Source: Frankiaceae bacterium (GTDB lineage Bacteria; Actinomycetota; Actinomycetes; JADGOV01). From it: a stretch of DNA of 64,000 nt. The position numbers and the translations under genes were made by a program. The stretch spans positions 481 through 64,480 of the forward strand of contig JADGOV010000001.1 of the NCBI GenBank assembly GCA_017882785.1, written 5' to 3'. The notes under the pieces were generated by a model. That model saw only the letters and a list, made by a program, of their open reading frames with translations, was not told the DNA's origin and did not search any database. Below, one piece after another: positions 39,973 through 52,448 of this stretch (positions are counted from its first letter, which is position 1; the number at the start of each line of letters is the position of its first letter).

Positions 39973-41163
39973 ATGCCCGACCTCTCCGCCGTACTGGCCC
40001 GCGCCGCAGCCGGCGGGCGCATCACCCCCGCCGAGGCGTTGGCTCTCTACGTCGACGCGCCGCTGCACGCCCTGGGCTCGGCCGCGGATGCCGTACGCCG
40101 CCACCGCTACCCGGACGGCGTCGCGACCTACCTCATCGATCGGAACATCAACTACACCAACGTCTGCGTGACGGCGTGCCGGTTCTGCGCCTTCTACCGC
40201 TCGCCCAAGCACCCGGAAGGCTGGGTCCGGCCGCTGGCGGACATCCTGGAGCGGTGCCGGGAGGCGGTCGACCTCGGCGCGACACAGATCATGCTGCAGG
40301 GCGGGCACCATCCCGACTTCGGCATCGAGTGGTACGAGCAGACGTTCGCCGCGATCAGGGCGGCCTACCCGGAGCTAGCGCTGCACTCCCTCGGCGGCAG
40401 CGAGGTGGTGCACATCGCCCGGGTCTCCGGTCTGGCATTCGACGAGGTGATCCGCCGACTGCGGGACGCCGGCCTGGACTCCTTCGCGGGTGCCGGCGCG
40501 GAGATCCTCACCGAGCGGCCGCGGCAGGCGATTGCGCCGCTGAAGGAGACCGGCGCCATCTGGCTGCAGGTGATGGAGACCGCGCACGGGCTCGGCGTGG
40601 AGTCCACCGCCACCTTCATGATGGGCACCGGTGAGACCAACGCCGAGCGCATCGAGCATCTGTCGATGATCCGCGACGTGCAGGACAGGACGGGCGGCTT
40701 CCGCGCGTTCATCCCCTGGACCTACCAGCCGGAGAACAACCACCTCAAGGGCCGCACCCAGGCCAGCGCGCTGGAGTACCTGCGCCTGGTCGCCGTGGCC
40801 CGGCTTTTTTTCGACACGATCGCGCACATCCAGGGTTCCTGGCTCACGGTCGGTAAGGATCTTGGTCAGCTCACTCTGCACTTCGGGGCGGACGACCTCG
40901 GCTCGGTGATGCTGGAGGAGAACGTGGTCTCCTCCGCCGGCGCCCGGCACCGGGTCAACCGGGCAGAGCTCATTCATCTCATCCGCAGCGCCGGTCGGAC
41001 GCCCGCGCAGCGGGACACGCTCTACCGCCACCTTCTCGTGCACGATGATCCAGCTCAGGACCCGGTGGGGGACTCGGTGCATTCCCACGTGTCCTCCACC
41101 GCGGACGGGTCCGCCGGCCCAATGGCGTCGAGCGCATCGCGGCTCGCCCTGGAGCCGGTGTGA
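39973..41163 (+). CDS. Radical-SAM menaquinone biosynthesis enzyme, MqnC/MqnE family (cyclic dehypoxanthinyl-futalosine synthase or aminofutalosine synthase)
   Basis: 'CVTACRFCAFYR' CxxxCxxC-type cluster motif and a 'GGEP'-like 'LQGGHHPD' motif. About 390 aa. Adjacent to mqnA. Confidence 0.75.
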   Translation: MPDLSAVLARAAAGGRITPAEALALYVDAPLHALGSAADAVRRHRYPDGVATYLIDRNINYTNVCVTACRFCAFYRSPKHPEGWVRPLADILERCREAVDLGATQIMLQGGHHPDFGIEWYEQTFAAIRAAYPELALHSLGGSEVVHIARVSGLAFDEVIRRLRDAGLDSFAGAGAEILTERPRQAIAPLKETGAIWLQVMETAHGLGVESTATFMMGTGETNAERIEHLSMIRDVQDRTGGFRAFIPWTYQPENNHLKGRTQASALEYLRLVAVARLFFDTIAHIQGSWLTVGKDLGQLTLHFGADDLGSVMLEENVVSSAGARHRVNRAELIHLIRSAGRTPAQRDTLYRHLLVHDDPAQDPVGDSVHSHVSSTADGSAGPMASSASRLALEPV

Positions 41164-41471
41164 GTAGGCAAGCTCGCGAGCGGCAGCGGCACCGCCGCCC
41201 GCCGCAGTGGCGGCGTCTCCTTCGGCTGGCCTCCGTTCTCATCACCGGCGCGGCCGTCGCACAGGAACTCCGCAAGCCGGCAGCGCAACGCACCTGGCAC
41301 GGCATGGTTGCCGGCTACGTGCCCTACGACTTCCGGCGGCCCACCCTCGCTCGCTACCGGTCGCGGATGTGGGCTCCCGAGGACCCGCGGCTGTTCCCGC
41401 CGCAGGCCTACGGTGTCGGCTGGACGCTGAACGTGGGCCGTCTGCTGCGCGTGCTGCTCGACGCCCGCTGA
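41160..41471 (+). CDS. Small hypothetical membrane protein (Arg-rich N-terminus, one TM helix)
   Basis: GTG overlaps the upstream stop (GTGA), consistent with translational coupling. 103 aa; 'LLRLASVLITGAAVAQEL' TM. No known family recognised. Confidence 0.4.
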   Translation: MSRQARERQRHRRPPQWRRLLRLASVLITGAAVAQELRKPAAQRTWHGMVAGYVPYDFRRPTLARYRSRMWAPEDPRLFPPQAYGVGWTLNVGRLLRVLLDAR

Positions 41472-41487
41472 CTCGCCGACGCCCGCT

Positions 41488-42777
41488 GTGACTCCTGTGA
41501 CGTCCTCCGCAACGCCTACTGTGCACGCGGCCGGGATGCTCGTGCCGATCTGCGCGGAACCCCTCGCCGACGGCGCCATCGTGACCTCTGCCGAGCGCAT
41601 CCTGGCGGTGGGGACGCGAAGGGAGATGACCCGCGCCTTCCCGGACTGCCCGGTACGGGTCTATCCCGGAGTGCTCACCCCCGGCCTGGTCAACGCGCAC
41701 ACGCACCTGGAGTACGGTCCCAGCTTCGCCGACCTTGCCCGCTCCGGCCTGCCCTTCGTGAAGTGGATCAACACGCTGGTGGGGCGTCGGGATGCCATGA
41801 GCCAGGCCGGTTGGTTGGCCGACGCGCGGGGTTCCGTGCGGGCCGCGCTTGCCAGTGGTACCACGGCCGTCGCCGACATTGTCACCATCGGACCGGGCAT
41901 CGTGGCGGCCGCCGAGGCCGGCCTCGGGGGCGTCTCCTACGTGGAGACGGTGGGGGTGGACCAGGCGCACTGGCCGGCGGAGCGTGCCCGCCTGACCGCC
42001 GCACTGACGGTCGGTCCGGCTGAGCGCAGGTTGGGCCTGTCACCGCACACGCTCTACACGGTGGACACGTCGGCCTTCCGAGGGATCCTGGCATTGGCCC
42101 GCGACGGTGGCCGGCGGCTGCACACTCACCTCGCCGAGTCGGCCGACGAATCCGAGTTCGTGCTCTCCGGCGTCGGGCCGATCGCGCGCACGCTCAGCGC
42201 CTTGGGCATCGACCACGACTTGCTCGAGCGTGGAGCGGGCTGCACGCCGACGCGGCGGCTGGACGCTATCGGCGGCCTCGGACCCGACGTGCACGTCGCG
42301 CACGGCGTGCACGTCGATGCCGAGGATCGGGCCCTGCTGCGGGAAAGGGGCAGCTCAGTTGCGCTGTGTGTCCGCTCGAACCGCATCCTGCAGGCCGGCA
42401 CGCCGGCGGTGGCCGACTATCTTGCCGACGGCAACCCGATCGCCATCGGCACCGACTCCCTCGCCTCGTCGCCCTCACTCGACGTGCTCGAGGAGACCGC
42501 GGCAGTGTTCGCCGTCGCGCTGGCTCAGGGCGCCTCGCCGCAGGGCCTGGCCGCCCGACTGGTCGATGCGGCCACCCGCGGCGGCGCGAGCGCCCTCGGG
42601 TTGCCCGATGCGGGGATTCTGCGCGCCGGCTGCCGGGCCGACTTCGCCGTGTTCGACGTGCCCACCGACGGTGACCCGTACGAGGCGCTGGTCGCACACG
42701 GCGGCGGGCGGTGCGTCGCCACCGTGATCGGCGGCCGGCCGGTCAGCGAGCCGGCCGACTCCGGCAGGCGGTCGTGA
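41488..42777 (+). CDS. Amidohydrolase-family protein (metal-dependent deaminase/chlorohydrolase type); possibly aminodeoxyfutalosine deaminase
   Basis: '[12 protein letters not shown]' metal-binding HxH motif, with 'HTHLAES' and 'AIGTDS' motifs of the TIM-barrel amidohydrolase fold. Sits between the mqn genes and menG. Confidence 0.8.
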   Translation: MTPVTSSATPTVHAAGMLVPICAEPLADGAIVTSAERILAVGTRREMTRAFPDCPVRVYPGVLTPGLVNAHTHLEYGPSFADLARSGLPFVKWINTLVGRRDAMSQAGWLADARGSVRAALASGTTAVADIVTIGPGIVAAAEAGLGGVSYVETVGVDQAHWPAERARLTAALTVGPAERRLGLSPHTLYTVDTSAFRGILALARDGGRRLHTHLAESADESEFVLSGVGPIARTLSALGIDHDLLERGAGCTPTRRLDAIGGLGPDVHVAHGVHVDAEDRALLRERGSSVALCVRSNRILQAGTPAVADYLADGNPIAIGTDSLASSPSLDVLEETAAVFAVALAQGASPQGLAARLVDAATRGGASALGLPDAGILRAGCRADFAVFDVPTDGDPYEALVAHGGGRCVATVIGGRPVSEPADSGRRS

Positions 42778-43484
42778 CCCGGGCGACGCTGGCGAAGGCG
42801 CCAGCCGATGTGGCGGCGATGTTCGACGGCGTGGCGCGGCGCTACGACGTGACCAACGCCGTGCTCTCCCTCGGCCAGGACAGGCGGTGGCGACGCGCGT
42901 TGGTGGGTGCCGTGGACACCGCCGAGAATCGCCGGATCCTCGACGTGGCCGCCGGCACCGGCACGTCCACCGCGGCCTTGGCCGCCACCGGCGCCAGCGT
43001 GGTGGCCTGCGACTTCTCGCTGGGGATGCTCCAGGCCGGCCACGATCGGCGGGCGCTGCCGTTCGTCGCTGGGGACGCGTTGCGCCTACCCTTCCTCGAC
43101 GACGCCTTCGACGCGGTCACCATCTCCTTCGGGCTGCGCAATCTGGCCGATCTCGACGCCGGCCTCGTCGAGATGCGGCGGGTCACCCGGCCCGGCGGCC
43201 GGCTCGTCGTGTGCGAGTTCAGCGCACCGACCTGGCGGCCCTTCCGCACTCTCTACACCGGCTACCTGATGCGAGCCCTGCCCGGTGTGGCCCGCGCCGT
43301 GAGCAGCAATCCGGAGGCGTATGTCTATCTGGCCGAATCCATCCGGGCCTGGCCGGACCAGGCTGGGCTGGCGCAGCGGATCCATGCGGCCGGCTGGCAG
43401 CAGGTGGGTTGGCGCAACCTTTCCGGTGGCATCGTGGCGCTGCACACCGGGCACGCACCGGGCACGCACCGGCCTCAGCCGTGA
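42774..43484 (+). CDS. menG: Demethylmenaquinone methyltransferase (UbiE/MenG)
   Basis: '[26 protein letters not shown]' and SAM motif 'LDVAAGTGT'. GTG overlaps the amidohydrolase stop. Confidence 0.85.
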   Translation: MTRATLAKAPADVAAMFDGVARRYDVTNAVLSLGQDRRWRRALVGAVDTAENRRILDVAAGTGTSTAALAATGASVVACDFSLGMLQAGHDRRALPFVAGDALRLPFLDDAFDAVTISFGLRNLADLDAGLVEMRRVTRPGGRLVVCEFSAPTWRPFRTLYTGYLMRALPGVARAVSSNPEAYVYLAESIRAWPDQAGLAQRIHAAGWQQVGWRNLSGGIVALHTGHAPGTHRPQP

Positions 43485-43565
43485 GGTCATGACTAGACTT
43501 CAGGCTGCTCGTCGTGGATCTCTCACGGTCCACAGCCCCTTGTCGTCGTCCTGGAGCGTGCCGAC

Positions 43566-44840
43566 ATGACGTCCGGACCTCTCGGCCCGGCCGGCTCCGA
43601 CGCCGATGTCATCGTGGTGGGGGCCGGCCCGGCCGGGTCGGCGACGGCGTTCTTCCTCGCCCAGGCCGGTGTCGACGTGCTGCTGCTGGAGAAGGCGACG
43701 TTCCCCCGCGAGAAGGTCTGCGGGGACGGCCTGACCCCCCGTGCGGTGCGCTCGCTGCTGGCGATGGGGATCGATACGAGCCCCGAGGCCGGCTGGCTGC
43801 GCAATCGCGGCCTGCGCATCATCGGCGGCGGGATGCGCCTGGACATTCCGTGGCCGGACCTGGCCAGCTACCCGGACTACGGCCTCGTCCGGCCGCGTAC
43901 GGACTTCGACGAGATGCTGGCGCGGCACGCGCAGAAGGCAGGCGCCAGGCTGCACGAGGCAACGGCGGTCCGCGAGCCGGTCCTCGACGCCGGCGGTCGG
44001 GTTGTGGGAGTCACCACCAGGGACGGGACGACGCTCCGTGCTCCGCTGGTGATCGCCGCCGACGGCAACTCCAGTCGGCTCTCGCTGGCCGTCGGAATCC
44101 GCAACCGGGACGACCGCCCGATGGGGGTCGCGGTCCGCCGCTACTACCACAGCCCCCGCCACGACGATGACATGCTGGAGAGTTGGCTGGAGCTCTGGGA
44201 CGGGGAGCCGGGCCGTAGCCGGCTGCTTCCGGGCTACGGCTGGATCTTCGGCATGGGGGACGGCACGTCCAACGTCGGCCTGGGCATTCTCAACACCAGC
44301 ACCGCATTTCAGCACACCGACTACCGGGAACTGCTGACCCGCTGGCTGGGATCGACGCCGCCGGAGTGGGGGTTTGACGAGTCGGCCGCGACCGGGCCGG
44401 TGCGGGGCAGCGCGCTGCCAATGGGCTTCAACCGCCAGCCGCACTACGCGCCCGGGATGCTGCTCGTGGGCGACGCCGGCGGGATGGTGAACCCCTTCAA
44501 CGGTGAAGGCATCGCCTACGCCATGGAATCGGCTCAGTTGGCCGCCGAGGTGATCGTCCAGGCGTTGGCGCGGCCGGAGGGCCCGGCGCGCGAGCGGGCA
44601 CTGTCGGCGTACCCGGCCGCGCTCAAAGACACCTACGGCGGGTATTACACGCTCGGGCGCGTCTTCGTGCGGTTGATCGGCAATCCGGCCATCATGAAGC
44701 TCGCCACCCGGCACGGCCTGCCCCACCCGACGTTGATGCGGATGCTCCTCAAGTTGATGGCCAACCTCACCGACCCGCGCGGCGGCGACGCCACCGATCG
44801 AGTCATCAATGTGCTGTCCACGCTGACGCCGGCCGCTTGA
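43566..44840 (+). CDS. Geranylgeranyl-reductase-family FAD-dependent oxidoreductase (menaquinone side-chain reductase-like)
   Basis: '[16 protein letters not shown]' FAD-binding motif and '[10 protein letters not shown]', '[20 protein letters not shown]'. Its position between menG and nuoA matches the MenJ-type context in actinobacteria. Confidence 0.8.
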   Translation: MTSGPLGPAGSDADVIVVGAGPAGSATAFFLAQAGVDVLLLEKATFPREKVCGDGLTPRAVRSLLAMGIDTSPEAGWLRNRGLRIIGGGMRLDIPWPDLASYPDYGLVRPRTDFDEMLARHAQKAGARLHEATAVREPVLDAGGRVVGVTTRDGTTLRAPLVIAADGNSSRLSLAVGIRNRDDRPMGVAVRRYYHSPRHDDDMLESWLELWDGEPGRSRLLPGYGWIFGMGDGTSNVGLGILNTSTAFQHTDYRELLTRWLGSTPPEWGFDESAATGPVRGSALPMGFNRQPHYAPGMLLVGDAGGMVNPFNGEGIAYAMESAQLAAEVIVQALARPEGPARERALSAYPAALKDTYGGYYTLGRVFVRLIGNPAIMKLATRHGLPHPTLMRMLLKLMANLTDPRGGDATDRVINVLSTLTPAA

Positions 44841-44845
44841 GGAGA

Positions 44846-44869
44846 CGCGCCCGCCCGCACGCGGGCGCG
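44846..44869. terminator. GC hairpin (cgcgcccgc-ccgcac-gcgggcgcg) after the reductase gene and upstream of nuoA
   Basis: 9-bp perfect stem with a 6-nt loop. Confidence 0.45.
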
Positions 44870-44932
44870 CGGCCTCGCCGGACCTAGACTCGACCCGGCT
44901 CCCGGGCAGAAGCAGAGGAGGGAGGAGATCGT

Positions 44933-45295
44933 ATGGGTCACGTGTACATGCCCATTCTGGTGCTCTTCGTCCTGGCGGCGGCCTTCGCGGTCGGTTCGGT
45001 GACGGCAGCCGGGTTCACCGGGCCCAAGCGGTACAACCGGGCCAAGGTCGATGCCTACGAGTGCGGCATCGAGGCCACCCCACAGCCGGTGGGCACGGCG
45101 CACTTCCCCGTCAAGTACTACCTGACCGCGATGCTCTTCATCGTCTTCGACATCGAGATCATCTTCTTGTACCCCTGGGCGGTGACTTTTTCCAAGCTCG
45201 GTTTCTTCGGGCTGGTCGAGATGGTGCTGTTCATCGGTACCGTCTTCGTCGCCTACGCCTACGTGTGGCGCCGGGGAGGTCTGCAGTGGGACTAG
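44933..45295 (+). CDS. nuoA: NADH-quinone oxidoreductase subunit A
   Basis: 120 aa, 3 TM helices, 'ECGIEA' motif. Confidence 0.9.
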   Translation: MGHVYMPILVLFVLAAAFAVGSVTAAGFTGPKRYNRAKVDAYECGIEATPQPVGTAHFPVKYYLTAMLFIVFDIEIIFLYPWAVTFSKLGFFGLVEMVLFIGTVFVAYAYVWRRGGLQWD

Positions 45296-45870
45296 AGGAG
45301 AAGCTGCCCAGCGGCTTCCTGCTGACCAACGTGGCCAAGATGGCCAACATGGTGCGGGCAGACTCGCTGTGGCCGGCGACATTCGGGCTCGCCTGCTGCG
45401 CCATCGAGATGATGGCCACCGGCGGGGGACGCTACGACCTCGCCCGGTTCGGCATGGAGGTCTTCCGTGCCTCACCGCGGCAGGCCGACCTGATGATCGT
45501 CGCGGGCCGGGTGAGCCAGAAGATGGCTCCCGTGTTGCGCCAGATCTATGACCAGATGCCTGAGCCCAAGTGGGTGCTGGCGATGGGCGTCTGCGCCTCC
45601 AGCGGCGGCATGTTCAACAACTACGCCATCGTGCAGGGAGTCGACCACATCGTGCCGGTCGACATGTACCTTCCCGGCTGCCCGCCACGGCCGGAGATGC
45701 TCATGGACGCCATCCTCAAGCTGCACGAGAAGATCCGGGTCGCGGACATCAACGGCAAGACAACGCCTACCACGATCGACGACTCGCCGTATGACAAGCC
45801 CATCGCCCGCGGCACCCGGCACGCCCTGGGCGACCTCGAGCCGGTCCGGGGGCCAGGGGTACGCCGGTGA
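45286..45870 (+). CDS. nuoB: NADH-quinone oxidoreductase subunit B
   Basis: '[10 protein letters not shown]' and 'CPPRPE' N2-cluster ligands. GTG start overlaps the nuoA end. The ORF-track start at 45061 is rejected. Confidence 0.9.
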   Translation: MGLEEKLPSGFLLTNVAKMANMVRADSLWPATFGLACCAIEMMATGGGRYDLARFGMEVFRASPRQADLMIVAGRVSQKMAPVLRQIYDQMPEPKWVLAMGVCASSGGMFNNYAIVQGVDHIVPVDMYLPGCPPRPEMLMDAILKLHEKIRVADINGKTTPTTIDDSPYDKPIARGTRHALGDLEPVRGPGVRR

Positions 45871-46574
45871 GCGACGCCGCACCGCCGGGGCAGCCCGCGC
45901 CGTCGGCGCCGGTCCCGGTCGAGCCGCCGGCACCACCGGAACGCCACGGCATGTTCGGCGTCACCGGCACCGGGGACACCTCCGGCTTCGGCGGTCTCGT
46001 GGTCCGGCCGGCCGAGCTGGGCACGGCCGTCCGGCCCTACGGCAGCTGGTTCGATACGGTGGCCGACGACCTCGAGCGGGCCTTCCCGGAGTTCGGCGAG
46101 GCCATCGAGCGGGTCGTGGTGGACCGCGGTGAACTGACCCTGCACGTCCGCCCGGCATACCTGGTGGGCCTGTGCCGGCAACTGCGTGACGACCCGCGGC
46201 TGCGCTTCGAGCTCTGCTCGAGCATCAGCGGCGTGGACTATCCGGCCGACCCGACCGGACGCCGGTTCCACGCGGTGTACCACCTGACGTCGCTGACCTA
46301 CCGCCGCCACCTTCGCTTGGAGGTCAGCGCGCCGGCGGACCCGCCGCACGTGCCGTCCGTCGTCGAGGTCTACCCGACGGCCAACTGGCTGGAACGCGAG
46401 ACCTGGGACATGGTCGGCATCATCTTCGACGGCCACCCGGCCCTGACCCGCATCCTCATGCCGGATGACTGGCCCGGACACCCCCAGCGCAAGGACTACC
46501 CGCTCGGCGGCGTCACGGTGGAGTACAAGGGCGCCGAGGTGCCGCCGCCGGACGAGCGGAGAGGATACGCATGA
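45867..46574 (+). CDS. nuoC: NADH-quinone oxidoreductase subunit C
   Basis: 30-kDa subunit motifs ('[25 protein letters not shown]'). Confidence 0.9.
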   Translation: MSDAAPPGQPAPSAPVPVEPPAPPERHGMFGVTGTGDTSGFGGLVVRPAELGTAVRPYGSWFDTVADDLERAFPEFGEAIERVVVDRGELTLHVRPAYLVGLCRQLRDDPRLRFELCSSISGVDYPADPTGRRFHAVYHLTSLTYRRHLRLEVSAPADPPHVPSVVEVYPTANWLERETWDMVGIIFDGHPALTRILMPDDWPGHPQRKDYPLGGVTVEYKGAEVPPPDERRGYA

Positions 46575-47962
46575 GCGAGCCCGCAGGCGAGGACCCGGCC
46601 TCCGCCGCCACCCCGACCCCGGACTACACCTCGAGCTACAACCCCAACGATCCCTACGCCTCGGTCCGGGAGACCACCGAGGGCCCGATCTACACGGTCA
46701 CCGGTCAGGACTGGGGGGACGTGCTCGGTGGCGAGGGGGTCAACACCGAACGCATCGTGGTCAACATGGGCCCGCAGCACCCGTCCACCCACGGTGTGCT
46801 CCGTCTGGTGCTGGAGATCGACGGCGAGACGGTGAGCCAGGCCCGAACGGTGATCGGCTACCTGCACACCGGCATCGAGAAGAACCTGGAATACCGCAAC
46901 TGGGTGCAGGGCACGACCTTCGTGACCCGGATGGACTACCTCTCCCCGATGTTCAACGAGACGGCCTACTGCCTCGGCGTGGAGAAGCTGCTCGGCATCA
47001 CCGAGGACGTCCCGGTCCGGGCGAGCGTCATCCGGGTGCTGATGATGGAGTTGCAACGGATCGGGTCGCACCTGGTCACGCTGGCCACCACCGGCCTCGA
47101 GCTGGGCGCGCTGTCGATGATGCTCTACGGGATGCGCGAGCGGGAACTCATCCTCGACATCCTGGAGATGGTCACCGGCCTGCGGATGAACCACGCCTAC
47201 ATCCGTCCCGGCGGTCTCGCGCAGGACCTAGCACCGGGGACTGAGGAGAAGGTCCGCGAGTTCTGCGAGATCATGCCCAAGCGGATCCAGGAGTACGACG
47301 ACCTGCTGTCGGCCAACCCGATTTGGGAGGCCAGGACCCGCGACGTCGCCTACCTGGACCTCACCGGGTGCATGGCATACGGTGTGACCGGTCCAGTGCT
47401 GCGCGCTACCGGCTACCCGTGGGACCTGCGCAAGACGATGCCGTACTGCGGATATGAGTCCTACGAGTTCGAGGTTCCGACCCAACACAGCGCGGACGCC
47501 TACGGCCGGTATCTGGTCCGGCTCGACGAGATGCGGGAATCCGTAAAGATCATCGAACAGACGCTGGAGAAGCTGCGACCAGGCCCGATCATGGTCGCGG
47601 ACAAGAAGATCGCCTGGCCGGCGCAGCTCGCCCTCGGTGCCGACGGCCTGGGCAACTCCCTCGGCCACATCCGGGAGATCATGGGAAGTTCGATGGAGGC
47701 GCTGATCCACCACTTCAAGCTGGTGACCGAGGGCATCCGGGTGCCGGCCGGGCAGGTGTACGTCGCGGTCGAGTCCCCGCGCGGTGAACTGGGCTACCAC
47801 GTGGTCTCCGACGGGGGCACCCGACCGTACCGGGTGCACGTCCGCGACCCGTCGTTCGTCAATCTCCAGTCGGTGCCGGCGATGTGCGAAGGCGGTCTGA
47901 TCGCCGACGTGATCGCGGCCGTCTCCAGCATCGACCCCGTGATGGGCGGAGTGGACCGTTAG
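46571..47962 (+). CDS. nuoD: NADH-quinone oxidoreductase subunit D
   Basis: 49-kDa subunit ('[14 protein letters not shown]...'). Confidence 0.9.
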   Translation: MSEPAGEDPASAATPTPDYTSSYNPNDPYASVRETTEGPIYTVTGQDWGDVLGGEGVNTERIVVNMGPQHPSTHGVLRLVLEIDGETVSQARTVIGYLHTGIEKNLEYRNWVQGTTFVTRMDYLSPMFNETAYCLGVEKLLGITEDVPVRASVIRVLMMELQRIGSHLVTLATTGLELGALSMMLYGMRERELILDILEMVTGLRMNHAYIRPGGLAQDLAPGTEEKVREFCEIMPKRIQEYDDLLSANPIWEARTRDVAYLDLTGCMAYGVTGPVLRATGYPWDLRKTMPYCGYESYEFEVPTQHSADAYGRYLVRLDEMRESVKIIEQTLEKLRPGPIMVADKKIAWPAQLALGADGLGNSLGHIREIMGSSMEALIHHFKLVTEGIRVPAGQVYVAVESPRGELGYHVVSDGGTRPYRVHVRDPSFVNLQSVPAMCEGGLIADVIAAVSSIDPVMGGVDR

Positions 47963-48664
47963 ATGGCGCTGACCGAGCAGACCCGCCTCGCTCTCCGCGA
48001 GATTCTCGCGAGGTATCCCAAGCCGCGATCGGCTCTGCTGCCGATGCTGCACTACTGCCAGTCGGAGGAGGGCTACGTCAGCCCGGCCGCGATCGGGGCG
48101 TGTGCTGAGGAACTCGGGCTGACGAAGGCCGAAGTGGGGGCCGTGGCCACCTTCTACACGATGTACAAGCGGCGGCCGATCGGCGACTACTACGTCGGGG
48201 TCTGCACGAACACGCTGTGCGCGGTGATGGGCGGCGACGCCATCCTCGATGCTCTGGAGGAGCACCTGGGCATCGGCAACGACGAGACGACGCCAGACGG
48301 CGCGGTCACATTGGAACACATCGAGTGCAACGCAGCCTGTGACTACGCACCAGTGATCATGGTGAACTGGGAGTTCTTCGACAACCAGACCCCGGGCTCG
48401 GCTCGGGAGCTCGTCGATCGGCTGCGCGCCGGGGACCCTCCGCTGCCGACCCGCGGCGGTCGGCTCTGCACCTGGAAGGAGGCCTCCCGGGTGCTGGCCG
48501 GCTTCTACGACGGCCGGGCCGACGAGGGCCCCTCAGCCGGGCCCGCCTCACTCATCGGGCTGGAGATGGCCGCCGAGCGCGGCGACCGGGCCCCGCAGAT
48601 GCCCCGGGTCGCATCGCCGGGGACGGGTTCGGTGTCCATGGCGCGGGACGGAGCCCCACGATGA
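47963..48664 (+). CDS. nuoE: NADH-quinone oxidoreductase subunit E
   Basis: 24-kDa subunit; 2Fe-2S cysteines ('CTNTLCAV...CNAACDYAP'). Confidence 0.9.
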   Translation: MALTEQTRLALREILARYPKPRSALLPMLHYCQSEEGYVSPAAIGACAEELGLTKAEVGAVATFYTMYKRRPIGDYYVGVCTNTLCAVMGGDAILDALEEHLGIGNDETTPDGAVTLEHIECNAACDYAPVIMVNWEFFDNQTPGSARELVDRLRAGDPPLPTRGGRLCTWKEASRVLAGFYDGRADEGPSAGPASLIGLEMAAERGDRAPQMPRVASPGTGSVSMARDGAPR

Positions 48665-50010
48665 GTCCCCAGATGGGCACCAAGACGGGCACACCCAAGC
48701 CCTTCGCGCTCACCCCGGTTCTGACCGCCAACTGGGCACAGCCCCGGTCCTGGACCTTGGCAGCCTACGAGTCGCGGGGCGGCTACGCCGGGGCCCGCCA
48801 GGCGCTCGCCATGAGTCAGGACGAGGTCATCGCGCTGGTGAAGAACTCCGGTCTGCGCGGCCGTGGCGGCGCCGGTTTCCCGACCGGGATGAAGTGGGGC
48901 TTCATTCCGCAAGGCGATGCCAAGCCGCACTACCTCGTGGTCAACGCTGATGAGAGCGAGCCGGGTACCTGCAAGGACGTGCCGCTGATGCTCGCCAGCC
49001 CGCACACGCTGCTCGAGGGCGTCATCATCTCCGCCTACGCGATCCGCGCGCACACCGCCTTCGTCTACATCAGGGGCGAGGTGCTGCACGTGGTCCGCAG
49101 GATGCAGGCCGCGGTCGATGAGCTGTACGCGAACAGTTTCCTGGGCCCTGACGTCCTCGGCAGTGGCTACGCCCTCGACGTCGTCGTGCACGCCGGCGCC
49201 GGGGCGTACATCTGCGGCGAGGAGACCGCGTTGCTGGACTCGCTGGAGGGTTACCGTGGCCAGCCGCGGCTGCGCCCGCCTTTTCCCGCGGTTGCCGGGC
49301 TGTACGCCAGCCCCACCGTGATCAACAATGTCGAGTCCATCGCCAGCGTGCCGGCCATCGTGAGCGGGGGCGCGGCCTGGTTCCGCACGATGGGCAGCGA
49401 GAAGTCCCCGGGCTTCACCATCTACTCCCTTTCCGGCCACGTCACCACGCCTGGTCAGTACGAGGCGCCGCTCGGGGTCACCCTGCGGGACCTCCTGCAC
49501 CTCGCGGGCGGCGTCCGGGGAGGCCACCGCCTCAAGTTCTGGACCCCCGGTGGTTCCTCGACCCCGCTGCTCACCGCCGAGCACCTCGACGCGCCCCTGG
49601 ACTACGAGGGAATGGTCGGTGCCGGTTCCATGCTGGGCACCAAGGCGCTGCAGATCTTCGATGACACCACGTGCGTGGTGCGGGCGGTGCTGCGGTGGAC
49701 GCAGTTCTACGCCCACGAGTCATGCGGCAAGTGCACCCCGTGTCGGGAGGGGACGTTCTGGATGGTGCAGATCCTGGAACGTCTCGAGGCCGGCGACGCC
49801 GATGCCAAGGACGTCGATGTGCTGCTGGACACCTGCGACAACATCTTCGGCCGATCGTTCTGCGCCCTCGGTGACGGTGCGACCAGCCCCGTCGTGTCCT
49901 CCATCCAGTTCTTCCGCGATGAGTACGTCGCGCACTACACGGGCGGCGGCTGCCCGTTCGACCCGAGCGCTGCGACGCTGTTCGCGGCCGAGGCCGGAGC
50001 AGCCCGCTGA
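48661..50010 (+). CDS. nuoF: NADH-quinone oxidoreductase subunit F
   Basis: 51-kDa subunit; '[13 protein letters not shown]', '[13 protein letters not shown]', '[12 protein letters not shown]'. Confidence 0.95.
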   Translation: MSPQMGTKTGTPKPFALTPVLTANWAQPRSWTLAAYESRGGYAGARQALAMSQDEVIALVKNSGLRGRGGAGFPTGMKWGFIPQGDAKPHYLVVNADESEPGTCKDVPLMLASPHTLLEGVIISAYAIRAHTAFVYIRGEVLHVVRRMQAAVDELYANSFLGPDVLGSGYALDVVVHAGAGAYICGEETALLDSLEGYRGQPRLRPPFPAVAGLYASPTVINNVESIASVPAIVSGGAAWFRTMGSEKSPGFTIYSLSGHVTTPGQYEAPLGVTLRDLLHLAGGVRGGHRLKFWTPGGSSTPLLTAEHLDAPLDYEGMVGAGSMLGTKALQIFDDTTCVVRAVLRWTQFYAHESCGKCTPCREGTFWMVQILERLEAGDADAKDVDVLLDTCDNIFGRSFCALGDGATSPVVSSIQFFRDEYVAHYTGGGCPFDPSAATLFAAEAGAAR

Positions 50011-52448
50011 TGACCTCCACCAACTCCCGACCCGGCGAGCTGGCCCGGCCGGTGAGCACCGTCGAGGTGGTCATCGACGACGTGACGATCACGGTTCCCA
50101 AGGGAACGCTGATCATCCGGGCCGCGGAGCAACTCGGCATCCAGATCCCCCGCTTCTGTGACCATCCGTTGCTGGAACCGGTCGGCGCCTGTCGGCAGTG
50201 CATCGTCGAAGTCGAGGGCCAGCGCAAGCCGGTGACCGCCTGCACCACTACCGTGACCGACGGCATGGTGGTGAAGACCCAGGAGGACAGCCCCGTGGCG
50301 GCCAAGGCCCAGGCCGGCACGCTGGAACTGCTGCTCATCAACCACCCGCTGGACTGCCCCGTGTGCGACAAGGGTGGCGAGTGCCCGTTGCAGAACCAGT
50401 CGCTGTCCAACGGTCATGCCACGAGCCGCTTTCGCGACGAGAAGCGGACGTATGAGAAGCCGATCGCCATCTCCAGCCAGATCCTGCTCGACCGCGAGCG
50501 CTGTGTGCTCTGCGCGCGGTGCACGCGGTTCTCCCAGCAGATCGCCGGCGATCCCTTCATCGAGCTGTTCGAACGCGGCGCTCTGGAGCAGGTGGCGATC
50601 TACGCCGACGAGCCGTTCGAGTCCTCCTTCTCCGGTAACACCATCCAGATCTGCCCGGTCGGTGCACTGACCAGTGCCGCCTACCGCTTCCGCGCGCGGC
50701 CGTTCGACCTGATGTCCACGCCGAGTGTCTGCGAGCACTGTGCATCCGGCTGCGCCCAGCGCACCGACTGGCGGCGCGGCGCGGTCATGCGCCGGCTGGC
50801 CGGCAGTGACCCGGAGGTGAATGAGGAGTGGAACTGTGACAAGGGGCGCTTCGCCTTCCGCTATGCGACGCTCGATGACCGGCTGAGCACGCCCCTCGTC
50901 CGCGACGATGCCGGCTACCTCATCGAGGCGTCATGGACCGAGGCGCTGGCCCGGGCCGCCGAGGGGCTGACCGCGGCCGTCAGCCGGGGTGGCGTCGGGG
51001 TGCTCCCGGGTGGCCGCCTGACCGTCGAGGACGCCTACGCCTACGCCAAGTTCGCCCGCGCCGTGCTGGGCACGAACGACGTCGACTTCCGGGCTCGGCC
51101 GCACTCGGCGGAGGAACTGGACTTTCTCGGGCACGCGGTGGCCGGCCGTTACGGCGAGACCACCTACGCCGACCTGGAGGCCGCACCGTCGGTGCTGCTC
51201 GCCGGGTTCGAGCCCGAGGAGGAGTCGCCGATCGTGTTTCTCCGGCTCCGCAAGGCGGCGCGCAGCCGGCGGCTGGCGGTGTACGCGATCGCGCCGTTCG
51301 TGACGCCCGGCGTGCGGAAGGTCTCCGGCCGGCTGTTGCCGACGGCTCCGGGCGAGGAGGCCGCGCTGCTGCGGACCTTGGCGGCGCGGTCCGACAAGGA
51401 GTCCGACACCGCCGCCGCCGCCGCCGCGCTGCGCCAGCCGGGGGCGATCGTGCTGGTGGGTGAGCGGCTGGCGACGGTCCGCGGCGCCCTGTCCGCGGCC
51501 GTCGCGCTGGCGGAGGCCACCGGTGCCAGGCTGGCCTGGGTGCCTCGCCGGGCGGGTGACCGCGGTGCGGTGGACGCGGGCGCGTTGCCCACGCTGCTCC
51601 CCGGCGGCCGGCCGGTGACCGACGCCACCGCCCGGGCGGAGGTCGCCGAGGTCTGGGGATCGGCTCCCCCCGCGGAGCGGGGGCGGCAGGTCGCCGCCAT
51701 CGTTGACGCGGCCCGCACCGGTGCGCTCGGAGGGCTCCTGATCGGTGGCGTCGACCCCGACGATCTCCCTGATCCGGCAGCGGCGTACGAGGCCCTCGCC
51801 GCGGTCGGCTTCATCGTGAGCCTGGAAGTCCGGCACTCCGCGGTGACCGATCGGGCGGACGTCGTGCTGCCGGTGGCGCCGCCGGCGGAGCGGTCCGGCA
51901 GCTACCTGGACTGGGAGGGGCGCCCGCGGACCTTCGAGGCCAGCCTGCGGGGCACCGGGGCGTTGCACGACGGCCGGGTGCTCGACTCTCTCGCCGCGGC
52001 GGTCGGTCACTCCCTCGGTGTGTCCGATGTCCAGGCGGCCCGTCGGGAACTTGATCGCCTCGGCGCCTGGGCCGGCCCGCGGCCTCCTGCCCCCGCCGCG
52101 CCGCCCGAGCCGCTGCCCTCCCCGGCCGCGGGGGAGGCGCTGCTGGCCAGCTGGCACTGGCTGCTCGATCGCGGGCGGATGCAGGACGGGGAGCCTTATC
52201 TGGCCGGCACGGCGAAGCGGCCGAGGCTGCACCTGTCACCGGCCACGGCCGTGGAGATCGGGGCCATCGCGGGCGAGCCGGTCACCGTGTCCACCGATCG
52301 GGGCGCGATCACCCTTCCGCTGGTGCTCGCCGACCTGCCGCCACGGGTGGTCTGGCTGCCCACGAACTCGCCCGACTCGCAGGTCCGGGTCACCCTCGGT
52401 GTCGACGCCGGGGCGGTCGTCCGCATCAGCGCCTGGGGTTCCGCATGA
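50010..52448 (+). CDS. nuoG: NADH-quinone oxidoreductase subunit G
   Basis: 75-kDa subunit of 812 aa. N-terminal 2Fe-2S/4Fe-4S motifs ('CRQC', '[10 protein letters not shown]', 'CVLCARC'). Confidence 0.95.
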   Translation: MTSTNSRPGELARPVSTVEVVIDDVTITVPKGTLIIRAAEQLGIQIPRFCDHPLLEPVGACRQCIVEVEGQRKPVTACTTTVTDGMVVKTQEDSPVAAKAQAGTLELLLINHPLDCPVCDKGGECPLQNQSLSNGHATSRFRDEKRTYEKPIAISSQILLDRERCVLCARCTRFSQQIAGDPFIELFERGALEQVAIYADEPFESSFSGNTIQICPVGALTSAAYRFRARPFDLMSTPSVCEHCASGCAQRTDWRRGAVMRRLAGSDPEVNEEWNCDKGRFAFRYATLDDRLSTPLVRDDAGYLIEASWTEALARAAEGLTAAVSRGGVGVLPGGRLTVEDAYAYAKFARAVLGTNDVDFRARPHSAEELDFLGHAVAGRYGETTYADLEAAPSVLLAGFEPEEESPIVFLRLRKAARSRRLAVYAIAPFVTPGVRKVSGRLLPTAPGEEAALLRTLAARSDKESDTAAAAAALRQPGAIVLVGERLATVRGALSAAVALAEATGARLAWVPRRAGDRGAVDAGALPTLLPGGRPVTDATARAEVAEVWGSAPPAERGRQVAAIVDAARTGALGGLLIGGVDPDDLPDPAAAYEALAAVGFIVSLEVRHSAVTDRADVVLPVAPPAERSGSYLDWEGRPRTFEASLRGTGALHDGRVLDSLAAAVGHSLGVSDVQAARRELDRLGAWAGPRPPAPAAPPEPLPSPAAGEALLASWHWLLDRGRMQDGEPYLAGTAKRPRLHLSPATAVEIGAIAGEPVTVSTDRGAITLPLVLADLPPRVVWLPTNSPDSQVRVTLGVDAGAVVRISAWGSA

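Noticed and set aside
45061-45285. NuoB ORF-track start at 45061, overlapping most of nuoA
   Set aside because: The NuoB homology ('[10 protein letters not shown]...') starts at the GTG 45286 that overlaps the nuoA stop. The upstream part is an alternative frame of nuoA.
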